Positions 43,056 through 54,000 of a DNA stretch of 64,000 nucleotides are shown here, one piece after another (position 1 is the stretch's first letter; every line of letters starts with the position of its first letter). The DNA comes from an uncultured Chloroflexia bacterium. Lineage in GTDB: Bacteria; Chloroflexota; Limnocylindria; Limnocylindrales; CSP1-4. The notes beneath the pieces were generated by a model. The model was given only the letters and a program-made list of their open reading frames with translations. It searched no databases and was not told the origin of the DNA. Where the stretch lies: contig CAVTPA010000001.1 of assembly GCA_963736545.1 (NCBI GenBank), positions 3,372,734-3,436,733 on the forward strand, given 5' to 3'. The translations under genes and the position numbers were made by a program.

Positions 43056-45068
43056 CTACACCGCGGGCTCGAGGGCCTCCTCGAACTGGCTGCTGTACAG
43101 CTCGTGGTAGAAGCCGCGCCGGGCGAGCAGCTCGGCGTGCGTGCCCTGCTCCACGATCGCGCCCTCGTTCATCACGAGGATCAGCTCCGCATCGCGGATC
43201 GTCGACAGGCGGTGGGCGATGACGAAGCTCGTCCGGCCCTGCATGAGGCGCGCCATCGCCCGCTGGATGAGGACCTCGGTCCTCGTGTCGACCGAGCTCG
43301 TGGCCTCGTCGAGGACGAGGATGTCCGGGTCTGAGAGGAACGCCCGGGCGATCGTCAGCAGCTGCTTCTCGCCCGCCGACACCGCCGTCGCGTCGTCGTC
43401 GAGGACGGTCTCATAGCCACCCGGCAGCGTCCGCACGAAGTGGTCGACGTGGGCGTCCCGGGCCGCCTCGAGGATCTCGTCCTCGCTCGCGTCGATCCGC
43501 CCGTAGGCGATGTTCTCGCGGATCGTGCCGCCGAAGAGCCAGGTGTCCTGGAGGACCATCCCGATCTTCGACCGGAGCCCGTCGCGGGTCATGTCGCGCG
43601 TGTCGACGCCGTCGATCGTGATCCGCCCCCGGTCGATCTCGTAGAAGCGCATCAGGAGGTTGACGAGCGTCGTCTTGCCGGCGCCGGTCGGTCCGACGAT
43701 CGCGATCGTGTGGCCCGGCTCGGCGACGAGGTCGAGGTTCTCGATGAGCGGCGTGTCGGGGAGGTAGCGGAAGCTGACGCCTTCGAAGGCGACCCGCCCC
43801 TCGGCGTGGGCGAGGATGGTCGGCGTTGCCGTCTCCGGCATCTGCTCGGCCTCGTCGAGGAGCTCGAACACGCGCTCGGCCGAGGCGACCGCCGACTGGA
43901 GGACGTTCATGATGCTCGCCGTCTGGATGATCGGCATCGTGAACTGCCGCGAGTACTGGATGAACGCCTGCACGTCGCCGAGCGACATCTGCCCGGTCGC
44001 GACCTGCACCCCCCCGATGACGGCGATGGCGACGTAGTTGAGGTTGGCGAGGATGTTCATCGCCGGCTGGATCGTCCCCGAGATGAACTGGGCGCGCCAC
44101 GAGGCCTGGTAGAGGCCCTCGTTCTCGGCGTCGAATCGCTCGATCGCCTCCCGCTGCCGGCCGAACGCCTTCACCACGGCGTGCCCGGTGTGCATCTCCT
44201 CGATGTGGCCGTTCAGGGTCCCGGTCCGCTTCCATTGGGCGGCGAACTGCTTCTGGGATCGGCTCGCGATGAGGATCGTCACGACGATCGACGCCGGCAC
44301 CACGAGGAGGGAGATCACGGCGAGGAGCGGGCTGATCCAGAACATCATGATCAGCACGCCGATGACCGTGAAGAACGCGGTGATCAGCTGGGTCAGGCTC
44401 TGCTGGAGCGTCTGGCCGATGTTGTCGATGTCGTTCGTGACGCGGCTCAGGATGTCGCCGCGGGACTCCCGGTCGAAGTAGGCCAGGGGGAGGTGGCCGA
44501 GCTTCTGGTCGACGCGCCGGCGGAGCCGGTAGACGGTCCGCTGCGTGACGCCGGCCATGATCCAGCCCTGGCCCCACGCGAAGAGCGAGGAGACGATGTA
44601 CACGAGCGCCGCCAGGGCGAGGACCCGCGCCAGCGCGTCGAAGTCGACGCCCTGGCCGGGGACGACGTTCGGCATGCTCGCGAGCATGTCGGCGAGGTTG
44701 TCCTGGTCGGCAAGCCGGAGGTTCGCGACGATCTGGTCGACGGGCACACCCGTGAGCCCCATGTCGCCCAGCTGGTTGCCGACGGCGCCCGTGAAGAGGA
44801 TGTCCGTCGCGGTGCCGAGGATCTTCGGGCCGATGACGGCGAGCACCACGCTGACGATGGCGAGGGCCATGACCACCGCGACGCGGGCGACCTCCGGCCG
44901 CAGCTCGCGGAGCAGGCGACCGAACGAGCCGCGGAAGTCCTTCGATTTCGCCGCCGGCGGGCCGCCGAAGCCCATGTGGCCCCCACCCGGCGGACCCATC
45001 GGGCCGCCGCGCCTCGGGCGGTCGGCGGGCGCGCCGCCCGCCATGCCGCCGGGACGGGGCCCGCTCAC
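43056..45068 (-). CDS. ABC exporter ATP-binding/permease subunit
   Basis: TM domain, GPTGAGKT, VSAGEKQ, LDEATS, AHRLST. Confidence 0.95.
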   Translation of the reverse strand: MSGPRPGGMAGGAPADRPRRGGPMGPPGGGHMGFGGPPAAKSKDFRGSFGRLLRELRPEVARVAVVMALAIVSVVLAVIGPKILGTATDILFTGAVGNQLGDMGLTGVPVDQIVANLRLADQDNLADMLASMPNVVPGQGVDFDALARVLALAALVYIVSSLFAWGQGWIMAGVTQRTVYRLRRRVDQKLGHLPLAYFDRESRGDILSRVTNDIDNIGQTLQQSLTQLITAFFTVIGVLIMMFWISPLLAVISLLVVPASIVVTILIASRSQKQFAAQWKRTGTLNGHIEEMHTGHAVVKAFGRQREAIERFDAENEGLYQASWRAQFISGTIQPAMNILANLNYVAIAVIGGVQVATGQMSLGDVQAFIQYSRQFTMPIIQTASIMNVLQSAVASAERVFELLDEAEQMPETATPTILAHAEGRVAFEGVSFRYLPDTPLIENLDLVAEPGHTIAIVGPTGAGKTTLVNLLMRFYEIDRGRITIDGVDTRDMTRDGLRSKIGMVLQDTWLFGGTIRENIAYGRIDASEDEILEAARDAHVDHFVRTLPGGYETVLDDDATAVSAGEKQLLTIARAFLSDPDILVLDEATSSVDTRTEVLIQRAMARLMQGRTSFVIAHRLSTIRDAELILVMNEGAIVEQGTHAELLARRGFYHELYSSQFEEALEPAV

Positions 45069-46792
45069 GCGACCTCCTCCTCGCTGAGCTGGGAGAAGAC
45101 GATCTCGCGATACGTGTCGCATGTCGCCATCAGCTCGTCGTGCGTGCCGATCCCGGCCACGCGGCCGTCCTCGAGGACGACGATCCGGTCGGCATGGAGG
45201 ATCGTCCCGACGCGCTGGGCGACGATGATCACGGTCGCCTCGGCGAGGTCCCGCGCGAGCGCCGCGCGGAGGCGGGCGTCGGTGCGGAAGTCGAGGGCCG
45301 AGAAGGTGTCGTCGTAGACGTAGATCGGGGGCCGCTTCACGAGGGCGCGCGCGATCGCGAGGCGCTGGCGCTGGCCGCCGGAGACGTTCGTGCCGCCCTG
45401 CGCGATCGGGGCGTCGAGCCGCTCGGGCATCTCCTCGACGAACTCCCGTGCCTGGGCGATCTCCAGCGCGTTCCACAGGTCGTCGTCGGTCGCCTGCTGG
45501 TCGCCGAAGCGCAGGTTCGTCGCCACGGTGCCGGTGAAGAGGAAGGCCCGCTGGGGGACGAGGCCGATCCGGCTCCAGAGGTCGGCCCGGTCCATGTCGC
45601 GCACGTCGACCCCGTCGACAAGGAGCGTGCCGCCGGTCACGTCGTAGAAGCGGGGAAGCAGGTTGACGAGCGTGGACTTGCCGCTCCCGGTGCTGCCGAC
45701 GATCGCGGTCGTCTCGCCCGGCCCGGCCGTGAACGAGATCCCCCGCAGGACCGGGTCCTCGGCGCCGGGGTAGCGGAACTCGACGTCGCGGAACTCGACG
45801 CGACCGGTGCGCGGCGGGCTCACGGGCTGCTCGGGATCGTGGACCGACGGCTCCGTGGCCAGGACCTCGCGGATCCGGTCGGAGGAGACCGCGGCCCGCG
45901 GCACGATCACGAACATGAAGGTCGCCATCATGATCGCGAAGAGGATCTGGATGACGTACTGGAGGAAGGCGGTCAGGTTCCCGATCGGCATCTCGCCGCT
46001 GTCGACGCGGATGCTCCCGAACCAGAGGATCGCGACCGACGTGAGGTTCATGATCGCCATGAGGATCGGCATCATCAGCGCGAAGAGGCGGTTGACCGAC
46101 AGCGACGTCTCGAAGAGGTCGCGGTTCGCGCCGTCGAAGCGCTCTTCCTCGTAGCCGGTCCGGACGAACGCCCGGATCACCCGGATCCCGCCGAGCGTCT
46201 CGCGCATGACCTGGTTGATCCGGTCGATCCGGATCTGCATCGTCCGGAAGAGGGGCATGGCGCGGCGGACGATCGTGCCGATGATGACGAGCATGATCGG
46301 CACGATCACGAGGAGGATGCCGCTCAGGGGGACGTCCTGGCGGAGCGCCATGATGAGCCCGCCGACGATCATGATCGGGGCGGTCACCATGACCGTGAGC
46401 CCCATGAGGACGACCGTCTGGACCTGTTGCACGTCGTTCGTGTTGCGGGTGATGAGCGACGCCGCCCCGAAGTGGTTGACCTCGACCTGGGAGAACGCCT
46501 CGACCTGCCGGAAGATCGCCCCGCGGACGTCGCGCCCGAAGCCCATCGAGGTCTTCGCGGCCCAGTAGACGGCGATGACGGAGACGATCCCGAGGACGAT
46601 CGTGACCGCGAGCATCACCGCCCCGGTCTGGAGGATGTAGTCGGTGTCGCCCGTCGCAACCCCGTTGTTGATGATGTCGGCGTTGAGCTCGGGCAGGTAG
46701 AGGTTGGCCAGGGACTGGACGAGCAGGAGCAGGACGACGAGGACGAGCGGCCCGCGATACGGCCGCAGGAATCGTGCGAGGAGTCCGATCAC
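45065..46792 (-). CDS. ABC exporter ATP-binding/permease subunit (degenerate-site partner)
   Basis: GSTGSGKS, VSGGQRQ, YDDTFSALD, AQR. Confidence 0.95.
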   Translation of the reverse strand: MIGLLARFLRPYRGPLVLVVLLLLVQSLANLYLPELNADIINNGVATGDTDYILQTGAVMLAVTIVLGIVSVIAVYWAAKTSMGFGRDVRGAIFRQVEAFSQVEVNHFGAASLITRNTNDVQQVQTVVLMGLTVMVTAPIMIVGGLIMALRQDVPLSGILLVIVPIMLVIIGTIVRRAMPLFRTMQIRIDRINQVMRETLGGIRVIRAFVRTGYEEERFDGANRDLFETSLSVNRLFALMMPILMAIMNLTSVAILWFGSIRVDSGEMPIGNLTAFLQYVIQILFAIMMATFMFVIVPRAAVSSDRIREVLATEPSVHDPEQPVSPPRTGRVEFRDVEFRYPGAEDPVLRGISFTAGPGETTAIVGSTGSGKSTLVNLLPRFYDVTGGTLLVDGVDVRDMDRADLWSRIGLVPQRAFLFTGTVATNLRFGDQQATDDDLWNALEIAQAREFVEEMPERLDAPIAQGGTNVSGGQRQRLAIARALVKRPPIYVYDDTFSALDFRTDARLRAALARDLAEATVIIVAQRVGTILHADRIVVLEDGRVAGIGTHDELMATCDTYREIVFSQLSEEEVA

Positions 46793-47265
46793 GCGAGCGC
46801 TGCCGTGGCCCGGTCGGCGACCACGCCGAGGAGGCGCTCGAGCTCGCGTCGGTCGGCCTCCGGAATCGTGTTGAGAATGCCCCCGACGACGCCGCCGAGG
46901 ACGCGTTGCAGCTCTCGCTCCCGCTCTCGCCCCGCCGCCGTCAGGTAGACCCGGGTGATGCGCCCGTCGGCCGGGTCGGGCCGGCGCTCGATCGTGCCGC
47001 CCTTCTCCATGCGTTGGAGCATCGCCGTCACCGTTGGCGACGAGAGGTGGAGCGCGCCCGCGAGCTCGCGCTGGCTGATGCCGTCGCGCTGGGCGAGGAT
47101 CTTCAGGCAGAACGCCTGGGCGGGATGGGCACCCTCCTGGGCGAAGACGGTGAACATCAGCTGGCGGTGCGCTGCGACTGCCCGCATGAAGGCGTCGAGA
47201 ACCCCCATCGAGAGGGGGTCCACGCCCTCGAGGGGCCGGAGCGGATCGTGGGGTCCGGATGGCAC
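46789..47265 (-). CDS. MarR family regulator
   Basis: ISQRELA..LHLSSPTVTAMLQRMEKGG.IERRPDPADGR...VYLT. Confidence 0.9.
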   Translation of the reverse strand: MPSGPHDPLRPLEGVDPLSMGVLDAFMRAVAAHRQLMFTVFAQEGAHPAQAFCLKILAQRDGISQRELAGALHLSSPTVTAMLQRMEKGGTIERRPDPADGRITRVYLTAAGRERERELQRVLGGVVGGILNTIPEADRRELERLLGVVADRATAALA

Positions 47266-47283
47266 GGGCCGAACGGTAGCACG

Positions 47284-47294
47284 CTAACGGTTAG
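47284..47294. promoter_or_regulatory. Candidate MarR operator
   Basis: Palindrome CTAAC-G-GTTAG in an AT-richer patch just upstream of marR. Confidence 0.45.
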
Positions 47295-47427
47295 TGCACA
47301 AACGATCAGGTCAGCTGCGGCGCGCCGGGCACGGTCTGGAGGCGAGGATCGGCGGTCGCGCGGCACGGGCTCGGCCGCCGGTCGCGCGGCTCGGCCGCCG
47401 GTCGCGCGGCTCGGCAGCCGGTCGGCG

Positions 47428-47631
47428 TCAGCCGGGCGGAGGCGTGCCGCCGGGTTTCGTCTCGTCGTCGCGCTTCTGGAGGTCGTCCTGGAGCTCGGTG
47501 ATCTCCTGCTTCGTCGCCTTCACGCCGCGGCCCAGCGTCTCGCCCCACTTCGGCAGGATCTTCGGCCCGCGCCAGATGAGGACGACCACGAGCACCACGA
47601 CGAGGACGATGACGACGTCGATGCCGAACAT
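47428..47631 (-). CDS. tatA: Twin-arginine translocase TatA/E
   Basis: Single TM helix then GPKILPKWGETLGRGVK, 67 aa. Confidence 0.75.
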   Translation of the reverse strand: MFGIDVVIVLVVVLVVVLIWRGPKILPKWGETLGRGVKATKQEITELQDDLQKRDDETKPGGTPPPG

Positions 47632-47837
47632 GCGCGCATCGTAGCCGACGTCTCGCGCCGGGGCGCCGTCGTCGCGGGTCGCCGTCGGGCGGGGCACCGG
47701 CGCCGCCGATGGGGCCGGCCGACCCGGGAGGGGCGGGCCGGTGGTCCCTCGACGGGGAGGCCCGCGCGGTCGAGGATCGGCCGAGCGACGACGGGCGGGC
47801 GGCCGTGGCGCCGCCCCCGCACGAGGAGGGCCCGGCG

Positions 47838-49004
47838 ATGGCCGACGACACGAAGCGCCGGTTGACGATCGGCTTTCCGCGCATGCACAAGGAGCCGTCC
47901 GAGCGGCGCGACTTCCTGCCACCGCTCGTCGGGCTCCTCACCGCGCTCGGCGCCGAGGTCTACGTCGAGACCGGCATCGGGTCCGGGATGGGCTACACGG
48001 ACGGCGACTACCTCGCCCTCTCGCCCGACCTCCACGTCACCGACGAGGAGACCGCCTACCGCCAGGACATCGTCGTCGTGCTCCGGGCGCCGGAGGGGAA
48101 GTACGACCGGCTCCGGCGCGGCGCCATCCTCGTCTCGATGCTCCACTTCACGACGCGGCCGGCCCGCGTCCAGCTCCTGTCCGACCTCGGGATCGACGGG
48201 ATCGCCCTCGACATGATCACGAACGACGAGGGTCGCCGGCTCGTCGAGAACCTGCGGAGCGTCGCCTGGAACGGCGTGGCGATGGCCTTCGCCGCCCTCG
48301 AGCGCCAGTGGCCCGAGCTCCTGAGCCCCGGTCGGGACCCCGTTCGAGTGACGATCATGGGCGCCGGCCAGGTCGGCAAGCACGCCGTGGAGTTCGCCAC
48401 GAAGTTCGGCGACGACGCCCGCAACGAGGCGCTCATGCGGATGGGCGTTCCCGGCGTCGAGGTCGTCACGACCGGGCGGAACCTCACCCGCGACCAGGCG
48501 TACCTGCGGCGGCGTCTCGCCGTCACCGACATCCTCGTCGACGCCACCCAGCGTCACGATCCGTCGGTGCCCCTCGTCCCGAACGCCTGGCTGGCCGACA
48601 TGCCGGACCACGCGGTGATCTGCGACCTCGTCGTCGACCCGTACCTCCTCGACGCCACGCCGCGGGTCGTGCGCGGGATCGAGGGCATCCCCCAGGGCAG
48701 CCTCGACCAGTGGGAGTTCCCGCCCGACGACCCGGCCTGGGACGCCCTCCCGGCCGAGATCCCGACGGCCGAGCGCCGGACCGTCGTCTCGTGCTACTCG
48801 TGGCCGGGCGTCCGGCCCGAGCCCTGCATGCACGTCTACGGCTCGCAGCTGGCCCCGCTTCTCGAGACGCTGGTCGCGGCGGGGGGGATGGACGGGATCG
48901 GGCTCCAGGGCTCGTTCCACGCCCGGGCCCTGTGGCGCGGCAGCCTCCTCGGCTGGCTCGCCGGCGAAAGCGGCGTGGCCGACGCCGTGGGCATCACGCG
49001 GTAG
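47838..49004 (+). CDS. Alanine dehydrogenase/PNT superfamily NAD(P)-dependent enzyme
   Basis: IGFPRMHKEPSERR, VETGIGSGMGYTD..Y, MLHF, GAGQVG, VICDL..D. Confidence 0.8.
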   Translation: MADDTKRRLTIGFPRMHKEPSERRDFLPPLVGLLTALGAEVYVETGIGSGMGYTDGDYLALSPDLHVTDEETAYRQDIVVVLRAPEGKYDRLRRGAILVSMLHFTTRPARVQLLSDLGIDGIALDMITNDEGRRLVENLRSVAWNGVAMAFAALERQWPELLSPGRDPVRVTIMGAGQVGKHAVEFATKFGDDARNEALMRMGVPGVEVVTTGRNLTRDQAYLRRRLAVTDILVDATQRHDPSVPLVPNAWLADMPDHAVICDLVVDPYLLDATPRVVRGIEGIPQGSLDQWEFPPDDPAWDALPAEIPTAERRTVVSCYSWPGVRPEPCMHVYGSQLAPLLETLVAAGGMDGIGLQGSFHARALWRGSLLGWLAGESGVADAVGITR

Positions 49005-49007
49005 GCG

Positions 49008-50075
49008 TCACGCGTCAGATTCCGCCCCGAGCCCGGCCGCGCCGCGCAGCCAGCGGCGGACGTTCTCGCCGAGGTCCGGGAGGTGATAGCCGCCCTCCTG
49101 GAGGACGACGAGGCGCGCGCCGGCGGCGGCGACGCGCCTGCCGGCCTCGGCGTAGGCGGGGGTCGTGAGAGCGAAGTCGCAGATCGGATCGAGGCCGTAC
49201 GTGTCGATGCCGAGGCTGACCACGACGATGCCGTCGTGGCGCCCGCCGAGCCAGTCGAGCGCCCGGTCGAGCGCCGCGAGGTACGTCGCGTCGTCGGTGC
49301 CGGCGGGGAGCGGCTGGTTGAACGTGGCCCCGGCGCCCGCGCCACCGCCCGTCTCGTCGGCCCGGCCGGTGAGGTACGGGTAGACGCGGTCGGGGTCGCC
49401 GTGGAGCGAGGCGTACGGGACGTCGGGCCGCTCCCAGAAGATCGCCTGGGTGCCGTTGCCGTGGTGGAAGTCGACGTCGAGGACCCCCACGCGCCCGGCT
49501 CCGGCGCCGACGAGATGCTCGACCGCGATCGCGGCGTTGTTCAGGAAGCAGTAGCCGCCGAACGCAGCGCGGCCGGCGTGGTGCCCGGGCGGCCGGCAGA
49601 GGCCGTAGGCGACCGGATCCCCGGCCAGGACCGCGTCGGCCGCGGTGAGGGCGACGTCGACGGCCGCCCGGGTCGCCGGCCACGTTCCCTCGACGACGGC
49701 CGTCGCCGTGTCGAAGCACCAGTAGCCGATCCGGCCGCCGGGCGCCGACGGTTCGCGGAGCGGCATCCCGGCGGCCCCGAGCCCGGGATGGAGGAACGTG
49801 TCGGCGACGAGGGCGTGCGGCGCGCCCGGCTCGGCGCGCCGCCACTCGTCCCAGGCCGTCTCGAGGTAGCGGACGAGGCCCGGGTCGTGGACGGCGAGGA
49901 TCGGGTCCGTTCCGTGCTCGACCGGCGGCTCGAGGCGGAACGCGGCGTCCTCGGCGAGCGCGGCCCGGATGGCCTCCGCCCGGGCGCCCACCTCGTACGT
50001 CGCCGCCTGCCGGCCGCTGAAGACCTCGACCGACGGGTCGTGCCCGACGTGGAGCGGGGAGTGGACGACGCGCAT
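49008..50075 (-). CDS. Histone deacetylase family protein (acetylpolyamine amidohydrolase-like)
   Basis: RPPGHHA, GYCFLNN, LDVDFHHGNGTQ, SLG.D, QEGGY. Confidence 0.92.
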   Translation of the reverse strand: MRVVHSPLHVGHDPSVEVFSGRQAATYEVGARAEAIRAALAEDAAFRLEPPVEHGTDPILAVHDPGLVRYLETAWDEWRRAEPGAPHALVADTFLHPGLGAAGMPLREPSAPGGRIGYWCFDTATAVVEGTWPATRAAVDVALTAADAVLAGDPVAYGLCRPPGHHAGRAAFGGYCFLNNAAIAVEHLVGAGAGRVGVLDVDFHHGNGTQAIFWERPDVPYASLHGDPDRVYPYLTGRADETGGGAGAGATFNQPLPAGTDDATYLAALDRALDWLGGRHDGIVVVSLGIDTYGLDPICDFALTTPAYAEAGRRVAAAGARLVVLQEGGYHLPDLGENVRRWLRGAAGLGAESDA

Positions 50076-50268
50076 GTCGGCAGGATAGGTCCGGCCGGCG
50101 CTGCTCGGCGAGGCGCGCGGGGCGGCGTCGCCGGGCATCTCGACGCTGTTCGCCGATCGCCATATGCGCATGTGAGACACGTCCGCCGCGCGTGTCGCAT
50201 GATGGGGCCGTCATGCGGTCGTCTCGTCCTGGCGAGCGACCTCCATAGCGAAGGGAGAACGCGTCCCC

Positions 50269-50839
50269 ATGAAAGTTCTCGATCGCAAGCACGCACTCGC
50301 GATCGCCTTCGGCCGTGTCGTCATCGGGATCATCTTCCTCTGGGCCGGCCTGGAGAAGATCATCGGCGCCGGCCTCGGCAGCTGGTCCGCAGCCGGGTTC
50401 CTGCAGTTCGGCACCGCGGGCACCCTCGGGTGGCCGTTCGTCAGCGGCGAGGTCGCCGAGGGCACGGTCTTCAATCCCACCCACGACTTCTGGGTGGCCC
50501 TCGCCGGCAACGAGGCGGCGATGACGTTCGATCAACTACATCGTCCCGCTCGGCCAGGTCGCCATCGGCGCCTGCCTCATCCTCGGCCTCTTCACCCGGT
50601 TCGCCGCGGCCATGGGCACGCTGATGATGCTGTTCTTCTTCATCGCCGCCTGGGACTTCGCCTACGGCATCGTCAACCAGCACCTGACGTACGCGGTCAT
50701 GACGTTCGGCCTCGCGGTGCTCGGCGCCGGCAACTACTACGGCCTCGACGCGACGGTCCGGCCGATGGTCGGCGACTCGATCCGGCGCTGGTTCTTCTCC
50801 GGCGCCGGCGACGACGGCTGGAAGGTCGCCACCGCCTGA
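50269..50839 (+). CDS. DoxX family membrane protein, frameshift near 50530
   Basis: R...G.IFLWAGLEK, then in another frame GACLILGLFTR...IVNQHLTY...GAGNYYGLD. Confidence 0.8.
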
Positions 50840-50880
50840 CGCCAGCACGGCCCCGGCCGCCTCCGGGGAGACCGCCACCC

Positions 50881-50914
50881 GTGACCCCGCCGGGCCCAGG
50901 ACCGGCGGGGTCAC
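50881..50914. terminator. Stem-loop after doxX
   Basis: gtgaccccgccgg ... ccggcggggtcac, 13-bp stem without a U-tract. Confidence 0.55.
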
Positions 50915-51003
50915 GCTCGTCCGGGCGGCGGCACGGCCGGCGAGGGGCGGGGAGAATCGAACACCCGGTCGGTTTGGTCGCGGCGCCGTATACTCGGCCT
51001 CCC

Positions 51004-54000
51004 GTGGCCCGCCGCTCCGATCCGCCCCAAGGCCCCGCCGCGACCGCGTTCGCCGAGGACCCGCTCGCGCGGTTCGGGCCGCCCGTCGCGGCATGGTTCA
51101 AGGCCGCGTTCGCGGCCCCGACGCGGGCGCAGGTCGAGGGCTGGGCGGCGATCGCCGGCGGCGGCCACGTCCTCATCCACGCACCCACCGGCAGCGGCAA
51201 GACCCTTGCCGCGTTCCTCTGGGGTCTCGACCGGCTCGTCGGCTCGCCGGCCCCGCCGCGGACGGCCGCAGGCGGCGCGTCGGTCCGGATCCTCTACGTC
51301 AGCCCCCTCAAGGCGCTGACGTATGACGTGGAGCGGAACCTGCGGGCGCCGCTGGCGGGGATCGCCCTTGCCGGCCAGCGGCTCGGGACGCCGGTCCGCC
51401 CGGTGGCGATCGCGTCGCGCACCGGCGACACGCCGGCGGACGAGCGCCGCGCGCTGGCCAAGGCCCCGCCCGAGATCCTCATCACGACGCCGGAGTCGCT
51501 CTACCTGCTGCTCACCTCCGCCGCCCGCGAGACGCTGCGCGGCGTGGAGGCGGTGATCGTCGACGAGGTCCACGCGATCGCGGGGACGAAGCGCGGAGCC
51601 CACCTGGCGCTGTCGCTCGAGCGCCTCGAGCACCTCCGCGGCCCCGGCGCCCCGCCGCTCCAGCAAATCGGCCTCTCGGCGACGCAGCGGCCCCTCGAGA
51701 CGATCGGGCGGTTCCTCGCCGGCGTCGGACCGGGACGCGAGGTCACGATCGTCGACGCGGGATCGCGCAAGCGCCTCGACCTCCGGGTGGTCGTCCCCGT
51801 CGAGGACATGAGCCGGCTCGGCGAGGCGCTGCCGCTCGAGGAGCAGCCGGGCGGGCCCGTGGCCGGCGGCGAGATGCGGGTCAGCATCTGGCCGGCGATC
51901 CACCCGCGGATCCTGGAGCTCATCCGGGCGCACCGCAGCACCCTCGTCTTCGTCAACAGCCGGCGCCTCGCCGAGCGGCTCGCCCAGCGCCTCAACGAGC
52001 TCGCCGGGGAGGACCTCGTGCGCGCCCACCACGGCTCCGTCGCCCGCGAGCAGCGCGTCGCCATCGAGGAGGCGCTCAAGGAAGGGCGCCTGCCGGCGCT
52101 CGTGGCCACGTCCTCCCTCGAGCTCGGGATCGACATGGGGGCGATCGACCTCGTCATCCAGGTCGAGTCGCCGACCTCGGTCGCCCGCGGTCTGCAGCGG
52201 ATCGGGCGGGCGGGCCACCAGGTCGACGAGGTGAGCACCGGCGTCATCTTTCCGAAGTACCGCGGTGACCTCGTCGAGTGCGCCGTCGTCGCCGAGCGGA
52301 TGCGCGAGGGCCTGATCGAGACGACCGCCATCCCCCGCAACCCGCTCGACGTCCTCGCCCAGCAGCTCGTCGCGATGGCCGTCGGGGACAGCTGGACGGT
52401 GGACGAGATCCAGGCCGTGGTCACGCGCGCCTTCCCCTTCGAGACGCTCACCCGCGAGGCGCTCGAGGGGGTGCTGGCGATGCTCGCCGGCGCCTACCCG
52501 TCCGACGAGTTCGCCGAGCTGCGGCCGCGCCTCGTCTGGGATCGGGTCGCCGACACGATCGAGGGCCGGCGGGACGCCCGGGTCGTCGCCGTCACCTCGG
52601 GCGGGACGATCCCGGACCGCGGCCTCTACGGCGTCTTCGTCGTGGGCGAGGCGGGGACGCCCGGCCGCCGCGTCGGCGAGCTCGACGAGGAGATGGTCTA
52701 CGAGCTCCGCGCCGGCATGCACGGCGACGTCATCGTGCTCGGGGCCAGCAGCTGGCGCGTGGCCGAGATCACGCCGGACCGGGTCCTCGTCCAGCCCGCG
52801 CCGGGCGAGCCGGGGAAGCTCCCGTTCTGGAAGGGCGACGCGGTCGGCCGGCCGATCGAGCTGGGCCGGGCGCTCGGGGCGTTCGTGCGGGAGGTCGAAG
52901 CCGACCTCGGCCGGGGGGCCACGGGCCGGGCGGCTGCGCTGGCCCGGCTGCGGGAGCAGCACCACCTCGACGAGCTGGCCGCCGAGAACCTCGTCGCCTA
53001 CCTCGAGGACGAGCGCCAGGCCGCCGGGACCCTGCCGACCGACCGGCGCATCGTCGTCGAGCGCTTCCGCGACGAGCTCGGCGACTGGCGCCTCGTCATC
53101 CTCAGCCCGTTCGGCGGCCGCGTCCACGCTCCGTGGGCGATGGCGATCGAGGCGCGGCTGCGCGAGCGGCTCGGCGCCGAGGTCGCGAGCATCTGGTCGG
53201 ACGACGGGATCGCGATCCGGCTCCCCGACGGCGATCTCGAGGGGGTGGAGGACGACCTGTTCCCGGACGCCGACGGCGTCGAGGACCTCGTCGTGGCCGC
53301 GGTCGGCGGGACGGCGCTCTTCGCGGCCCGGTTCCGGGAGAACGCGGCCCGGGCGCTCCTCCTGCCGCGCCGCCGGCCGGGCACCCGCACGCCCCTCTGG
53401 CAGCAGCGCCAGCGGGCCGCCGACCTCCTCGCGGTCGCGAGCCGCTACGGCAGCTTCCCGATCCTCGTCGAGACGTACCGCGAGTGCCTCGCCGACGTCT
53501 TCGACCTTCCGGCGCTCCGCGACGTGCTGGCCGGCGTCGCGCGCCGCGACGTGGCCGTCCACCGCGTCGAGACGCCGCGGGCGACGCCGTTCGCCAGCTC
53601 CCTCCTCTTCGACTACGTCGCCGCCTACATGTACGAGGGCGACGCCCCGCTCGCCGAGCGGCGGGCGCAGGCGCTGGCCCTGGACCGCGACCTCCTGCGC
53701 GAGCTGCTCGGCCAGGAGGAGCTCCGCGAGCTGCTCGACCCGGCGGCCCTCGAGGAGACCGAGCTCGAGCGGCAGGCGCTCGTCGACGAGCGCAAGGCCG
53801 GCTCGGTGGACCAGGTGGCGGACCTCCTGCGGCGGCTCGGCGACCTCGCCGAGGAGGAGGTCGCGGCGCGAACCCGCGGCGGGCCGGCGGCCGCCCGGGA
53901 GTGGCTCGAGACGCTCGCCGCGACGCGGCGGGCCGTCGCGGTGCGGGTCGCCGGCGAGCCGCGCTGGATCGCCGTCGAGGACGCCGCCCGCTACCGCGAC

